A DNA stretch of 64,000 bases from Bacillota bacterium (GTDB taxonomy: Bacteria; Patescibacteriota; Patescibacteriia; Patescibacteriales; UBA12465), in the NCBI GenBank assembly GCA_050259635.1, contig JBLNBA010000004.1:11005-75004 (forward strand). The letters run 5' to 3'. The translations under genes were made by a program, and so were the position numbers. This document shows positions 60,241-64,000 of the stretch, one piece after another (within the stretch, counting starts at the first letter, position 1; every line of letters begins with the position of its first letter). Below the pieces are notes generated by a model. It made no database searches, was not told the origin of the DNA, and was given only the letters and a program-made list of their open reading frames with translations.

Positions 60241-61707
60241 ATGCAGATTCCCGGATTCATAACGGATATTTTGTCGCGCCTGCAAGCCGCCGGTTACACC
60301 TCAGAACTGGTCGGTGGCTGCGTTCGCGATCTTTTAATGGGCAAGGAACCAAAGGATTGGGATCTGGCCTGTTCGGCGCGTCCTGAAGAAATTTTACAGG
60401 TTTTCCCGGAAGGGAAGTACGAGAATGACTTTGGAACGGTTATCATCCCGTGTCGCAATGAAAAACATGAGCTTTTAGCAGCCGTAGAGGTGACGACATA
60501 CCGCAGCGAGAAGGGATATTCGGATGCCCGGCATCCGGATGAGGTCCGGTTTGAGAAAGATCTGGAAAAAGATTTAGAAAGACGGGATTTTACCGTTAAT
60601 GCCATGGCTTTCCGTTTGGTTCCTGAGGGGCAATATGTGTTTGGCGACCAGGCTTTTTCGCTCGTGGATCTGTTCGGGGGGCTTAAAGATATCAGGAAAA
60701 AGGTTATCAGAGCAGTAGGTGAACCGGCCGATCGTTTCAAGGAAGACGCCTTGAGGATGATGAGGGCGATAAGGTTTTGCGCCCAATTGGGTTTTGAGCT
60801 AGAACCCAAGACGCAGCGAGCTATAGTCAAGCTAGCTGGCAGTCTTAAGTTCGTGGCGAAGGAAAGGATCCGCGACGAGTTCGTTAAGATCCTTTCGGCG
60901 GAAAAACCTGACGAAGGGATCTTAGCACTCCATGAAGCAAAGCTTTTGCAGTACATCATGCCGGAATTGGAACAAGGAGTCGGAGTGCGCCAGAATCACC
61001 ACCATATATATCCGGTCTTTAAGCACAATATTCTTTCACTGAGACATTGCCCGAGCCAGGAATGGCAGGTTCGCTTGGCTGCGCTCCTGCATGACGTAGG
61101 CAAGCCGAAAGCGCGTAAGCTTATTAGCGGCAAAGTGACTTTCTATAACCACGAATATATCGGGGCTAAGATGACGGACAAGATCATGTTCCGCTTGCGC
61201 TTCAAGACCGAGGATAGGGAACGGGTGGTTAACCTTGTGCGCAATCACATGTTCTATTATAATGTGGGCGAGGTGACAGCCGCCTCTGTCCGCCGCTTGA
61301 TCAGCAAAGTGGGTCGGGAGAATCTAAAAGATCTCATCGAGCTGCGTGTCGCGGATCGTTTAGGCTCCGGCACGCCCAAGGCGATGCCGTATAAGCTCAG
61401 ACACCTCCAATACATGATGGAAAAGGTCCAGCATGATCCGGTCTCGGTGAAAATGCTGGCTATAAACGGCCATGATCTCATGGATAATGTCGGTTTGGCG
61501 CCCAGTCCTAAAATCGGGGCCATCCTTGACGTGCTTCTGGGCGAAGTACTGGAAGACCCCGAGAGAAATAATAAAGATTATCTCTTGAGCCGTTCCCAGT
61601 CTTTGAAAGATTGTGACCTTGAAGACTTACGCGCCCAGGCAAGGCGGTCTATCGAAGAGAAAAGGGAGGAAGAGGACCAGGACATACAAAAAAAATTCAA
61701 GGTATAA
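60241..61707 (+). CDS. cca: CCA tRNA nucleotidyltransferase (class II, with HD domain)
   Basis: LVGGCVRDLLMGKEPKDWDL, RDFTVNAM, LLHDVGKP (HD). The two tRNA genes in the window lack an encoded CCA. Confidence 0.85.
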   Translation: MQIPGFITDILSRLQAAGYTSELVGGCVRDLLMGKEPKDWDLACSARPEEILQVFPEGKYENDFGTVIIPCRNEKHELLAAVEVTTYRSEKGYSDARHPDEVRFEKDLEKDLERRDFTVNAMAFRLVPEGQYVFGDQAFSLVDLFGGLKDIRKKVIRAVGEPADRFKEDALRMMRAIRFCAQLGFELEPKTQRAIVKLAGSLKFVAKERIRDEFVKILSAEKPDEGILALHEAKLLQYIMPELEQGVGVRQNHHHIYPVFKHNILSLRHCPSQEWQVRLAALLHDVGKPKARKLISGKVTFYNHEYIGAKMTDKIMFRLRFKTEDRERVVNLVRNHMFYYNVGEVTAASVRRLISKVGRENLKDLIELRVADRLGSGTPKAMPYKLRHLQYMMEKVQHDPVSVKMLAINGHDLMDNVGLAPSPKIGAILDVLLGEVLEDPERNNKDYLLSRSQSLKDCDLEDLRAQARRSIEEKREEEDQDIQKKFKV

Positions 61708-61723
61708 TTAATTAAGAAAAAAT

Positions 61724-62509
61724 ATGCTAAAAACAAAAAGATTCCTTATTCCGGCCGGTCTGTTGGCGCTTGCCTTGGCGCTCACCGCTTGCGGAACGGG
61801 AACCCCTAACGTCAACGATAATATGGATATCTTAGAAGATGAATCATCCGTTACGCCTACGGATTCAGACGCAGGCAAAGAGCCGCAAGAAGAAAAAAAA
61901 TTAGATCTTGGGGAATTCAATGCCCAGGCCAATCCCGCCGGCAGCAATGCAACTTTACAGGCGGAAATGGAAGAAGCGCTTTCGAGCAAAGTATTGGCTC
62001 CGGGGAAGCAAGCCGATCTTACCTCCAAGTACAGCCGCGCCTTAATCAAGACCAATCAAGGGAATATCACCGTGAAATTTTATAATGAAGAATCGCCGGT
62101 GACGGTTAATAACTTCATGCATTTGGCCCAGGCCGGTTTTTTCAACGGCACCAAATTCCATCGCGTCATCAAGGATTTCATGATCCAGGGCGGCGACCCG
62201 AACAGCAAGGATGACGACTGGAGCAATGACGGTTTCGGCGGTCCGGGGTATCAGTTCCAGGATGAGTTTAACAGCCATAAGCTGGTCGCCGGCTCCCTAG
62301 CGATGGCCAATAGCGGTCCGGGGACCAACGGCTCCCAGTTCTTCATCGTTACAGCTGCGTCCACGCCTTGGTTGGATGGCGCCCATACCAATTTCGGGCA
62401 AGTGGTGGAAGGGCTGGATATCGTGAGGAAAATCGAAGCCACCGAGGTAAATACCAACGATCATCCGACAAGCGATATGACGATCCTCAGCATCGAACTG
62501 CAAAAATAA
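61724..62509 (+). CDS. cyclophilin-type peptidyl-prolyl isomerase lipoprotein
   Basis: Lipobox LALALTACG, acidic linker, FHRVIKDFMIQGGDP, SLAMANSGPGTNGSQFFI. Confidence 0.9.
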   Translation: MLKTKRFLIPAGLLALALALTACGTGTPNVNDNMDILEDESSVTPTDSDAGKEPQEEKKLDLGEFNAQANPAGSNATLQAEMEEALSSKVLAPGKQADLTSKYSRALIKTNQGNITVKFYNEESPVTVNNFMHLAQAGFFNGTKFHRVIKDFMIQGGDPNSKDDDWSNDGFGGPGYQFQDEFNSHKLVAGSLAMANSGPGTNGSQFFIVTAASTPWLDGAHTNFGQVVEGLDIVRKIEATEVNTNDHPTSDMTILSIELQK

Positions 62510-62514
62510 TTCGT

Positions 62515-62547
62515 GAAAAAAAAACGGCTTGTGAAAAGCCGTTTTTT
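62515..62547 (+). terminator. Rho-independent terminator after the PPIase gene
   Basis: AAAAAAAAA-CGGCTT-gtgaa-AAGCCG-TTTTTT. Confidence 0.75.
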
Positions 62548-62571
62548 ATATAGGAAAAAGATGCGGATAAT

Positions 62572-62596
62572 AAAAACCGAGTCTTTTTGGCTCGGT
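62572..62596 (-). terminator. terminator for the minus-strand membrane-protein gene
   Basis: ACCGAG...CTCGGT stem with a plus-strand A-run (62572-62576), which is a U-run on the minus transcript. Confidence 0.55.
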
Positions 62597-62605
62597 TCTG
62601 TCTTA

Positions 62606-63760
62606 CTATTCTTTTGGTTTGCGGCTGGTTATCATTAACGGATCCTGGTAGCAATATCTCTTGTTGTCTTCTCCGATCATCTCTGCTTCCTGTTCGGTGG
62701 ATAATTTGCACCATTTATTCTTGATCCTGCTATTTAAGAGGACGGCAGGGAGGATCGAGAGAGGTATGAGCGGTAACAGGTAAGAAAAATCATACATTTC
62801 CCACAAGATTGCTACCTGAGCTAGGGCAAGAAAAGCAAGCCCGTACCAGCGCCCTAGTTTTAAAAGAGCGGAACTTATTACGGCAAAAATCAAGATAAAG
62901 ATCATCATCAGCAATAACAAGCAGATAATCGACAGGAAGATTAATTCGAACTTTCCATAACCATGGAAAGAGATTGTCGGCATTTGGGAAACGATGAATA
63001 AAGCTATGGAAGCATAGAGAGGGGTACTTCCATAATCTATTTTCCGGTGGCTTTCATGGGCATGGATATCATCGAGATAATCCTTTCTATTCTTCCAGAG
63101 ATGGTAAACTTTATTTGCCTTGATGGTAGTTAGGCAAATGATTATCATCGACAATATAATTTCCCAGGGCACGATCTGTTTCTCTGTCACTTCCCGTTTT
63201 ATGGAGAAGGCATTATCCGCGAAAGATACCGTTGTATGGGACTTAGTCTTCAAAGACTGGAAGCCTTGATAGCGGTAGCCGATCAGTTTTTGGAATGATG
63301 ATTCTTTAGTCGGCGAAAGTACGGCGCTGGTAAAGGCCTCTGTCCTTTGGGAAAAGGGCAGATAGTATACTGCATTACCGGTGAAATCAATCGTGTCGAT
63401 GAGGGTTGCCAGCAGGGCATAAGTTCCTATCTTGTACTTCTCAATATTCAGTTCCTTTGCCGGCAGAAGGATTTCTTTTTTTGGAAATGAAATCCTGACC
63501 CAGCGGGAACTTTGTTTGAGGTCGCAGATGACCCTATTGTTTAGCCGGCTAATGATGACAGAATCGATGGTCACTGTTTCCTGCGTACCCGTTGTGGGTA
63601 TGTAGAAGCTTAGCGTATCACCGTCGCGATGGAGGTATAAATCTTGCGATACGCAGAAGAAGGAAGCCAGGCTTAAAGCGAGGCAGAAAAGGATTTTCTT
63701 GGACATGGCTGATGGGTTTTGTTGGCTAATTGTTAATGATCTAGAGTCAGATATTACCAT
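62606..63760 (-). CDS. hypothetical protein: signal peptide, ~190-aa extracytoplasmic beta-rich domain, 5-6 TM helices
   Basis: AAGGA-ttgg-ATG favours the 63760 start; an alternative ATG lies at 63706 (MSKKILFCLALSLASFFCV). No motif recognised. Noticeably AT-richer than the rest of the window. Confidence 0.55.
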   Translation of the reverse strand: MVISDSRSLTISQQNPSAMSKKILFCLALSLASFFCVSQDLYLHRDGDTLSFYIPTTGTQETVTIDSVIISRLNNRVICDLKQSSRWVRISFPKKEILLPAKELNIEKYKIGTYALLATLIDTIDFTGNAVYYLPFSQRTEAFTSAVLSPTKESSFQKLIGYRYQGFQSLKTKSHTTVSFADNAFSIKREVTEKQIVPWEIILSMIIICLTTIKANKVYHLWKNRKDYLDDIHAHESHRKIDYGSTPLYASIALFIVSQMPTISFHGYGKFELIFLSIICLLLLMMIFILIFAVISSALLKLGRWYGLAFLALAQVAILWEMYDFSYLLPLIPLSILPAVLLNSRIKNKWCKLSTEQEAEMIGEDNKRYCYQDPLMITSRKPKE

Positions 63761-63884
63761 CCAATCCTTATAATGTCAATATGAGTATTTTTCTTTGTAT
63801 GGAATTATTTGTTTAATATAAAAGAAAATACTACGTATTGAATTTATTGCTGTTTCTGGTTATAATATTTTTAAATAGTTTTAC

Positions 63885-64000
63885 ATGAAATCCTATCTAG
63901 ATAATTCGGCAACAACCGCCTTAGATCCGCGTGTCTTAAAAAAGATGCTTCCGTATCTCAAAGATCGGTTCGCCAACGCCTCCTCAATCCACCATCCTGG
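63885..64000 (+). CDS. cysteine desulfurase (NifS/IscS family), N-terminal fragment at the window edge
   Basis: MKSYLDNSATTALDPRVLKKMLPYLKDRFANASSIHHPG matches the class V aminotransferase/NifS N-terminus (YLDNxATT...NPSSxH). Confidence 0.8.
   Translation, partial: MKSYLDNSATTALDPRVLKKMLPYLKDRFANASSIHHP

Noticed and set aside
1-64000. CRISPR arrays, IS elements, prophage, rRNA operons, and alternative genetic code (UGA recoding as in some CPR lineages)
   Set aside because: No spaced direct-repeat arrays, transposase/integrase-like ORFs or rRNA-like sequence were seen. Many well-conserved genes terminate at TGA exactly where homologs end (for example cysS, dus and the ECF sigma gene), and no conserved gene is interrupted by in-frame TGA. 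Standard code 11 therefore applies.

Overview
The window is gene-dense (about 90% coding), mostly plus-strand and roughly 50% GC. It uses the standard bacterial code, with TGA as a stop at several well-supported gene ends. The content looks like a reduced-genome Patescibacteria/CPR-type bacterium, but that placement is inference. It rests on a half-length TsaB, a pyruvate kinase lacking the C-terminal domain, a truncated dcw cluster, DUF4012/DUF11-type envelope genes, and scattered glycolysis and translation genes.

Recognisable content, in order:
- 5' end: a partial ABC-F ATPase, greA, a DEAD-box helicase and a YgjP-type metallohydrolase.
- A four-gene split MacB/LolCDE-like exporter with a very long HlyD adaptor.
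- A GH3 / ECF sigma / membrane protein / DUF1295 block.
- A minus-strand copper module (CopA, DUF305, an HMA-TauE-cupredoxin fusion, CsoR) with a clear operator and promoter.
- rarA, an orphan OmpR-type regulator, hisS and rnhB.
- tRNA-Leu(CAG), a U32 protein, a secreted double-Kazal protein and tRNA-Val(CAC).
- cysS-dus-tsaB, then mraZ-rsmH-ftsL-ftsI-murF with MraZ boxes.
- An envelope-glycan locus: rfbD, rfbA, GT2, a sigma-region-4/HARE-HTH protein, a membrane protein, GT4, DUF4012 and a DUF11-like surface protein.
- A Tgt that has lost all four zinc ligands, then pyk, eno, rlmN and sod.
- A secreted transglutaminase-like protein with a tandem repeat module.
- rpsB-tsf, a PSP1 protein, gap, cca, a cyclophilin lipoprotein and a partial cysteine desulfurase.

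I saw no rRNA, CRISPR array, IS element or prophage. The candidates I rank highest for novelty are the sigma4/HARE-HTH protein with its downstream envelope cluster, the zinc-less Tgt with a remodelled pocket, the double-Kazal protein, the oversized HlyD adaptor, and several lower-GC orphan genes. All family assignments come from motifs read by eye; no database search was run.
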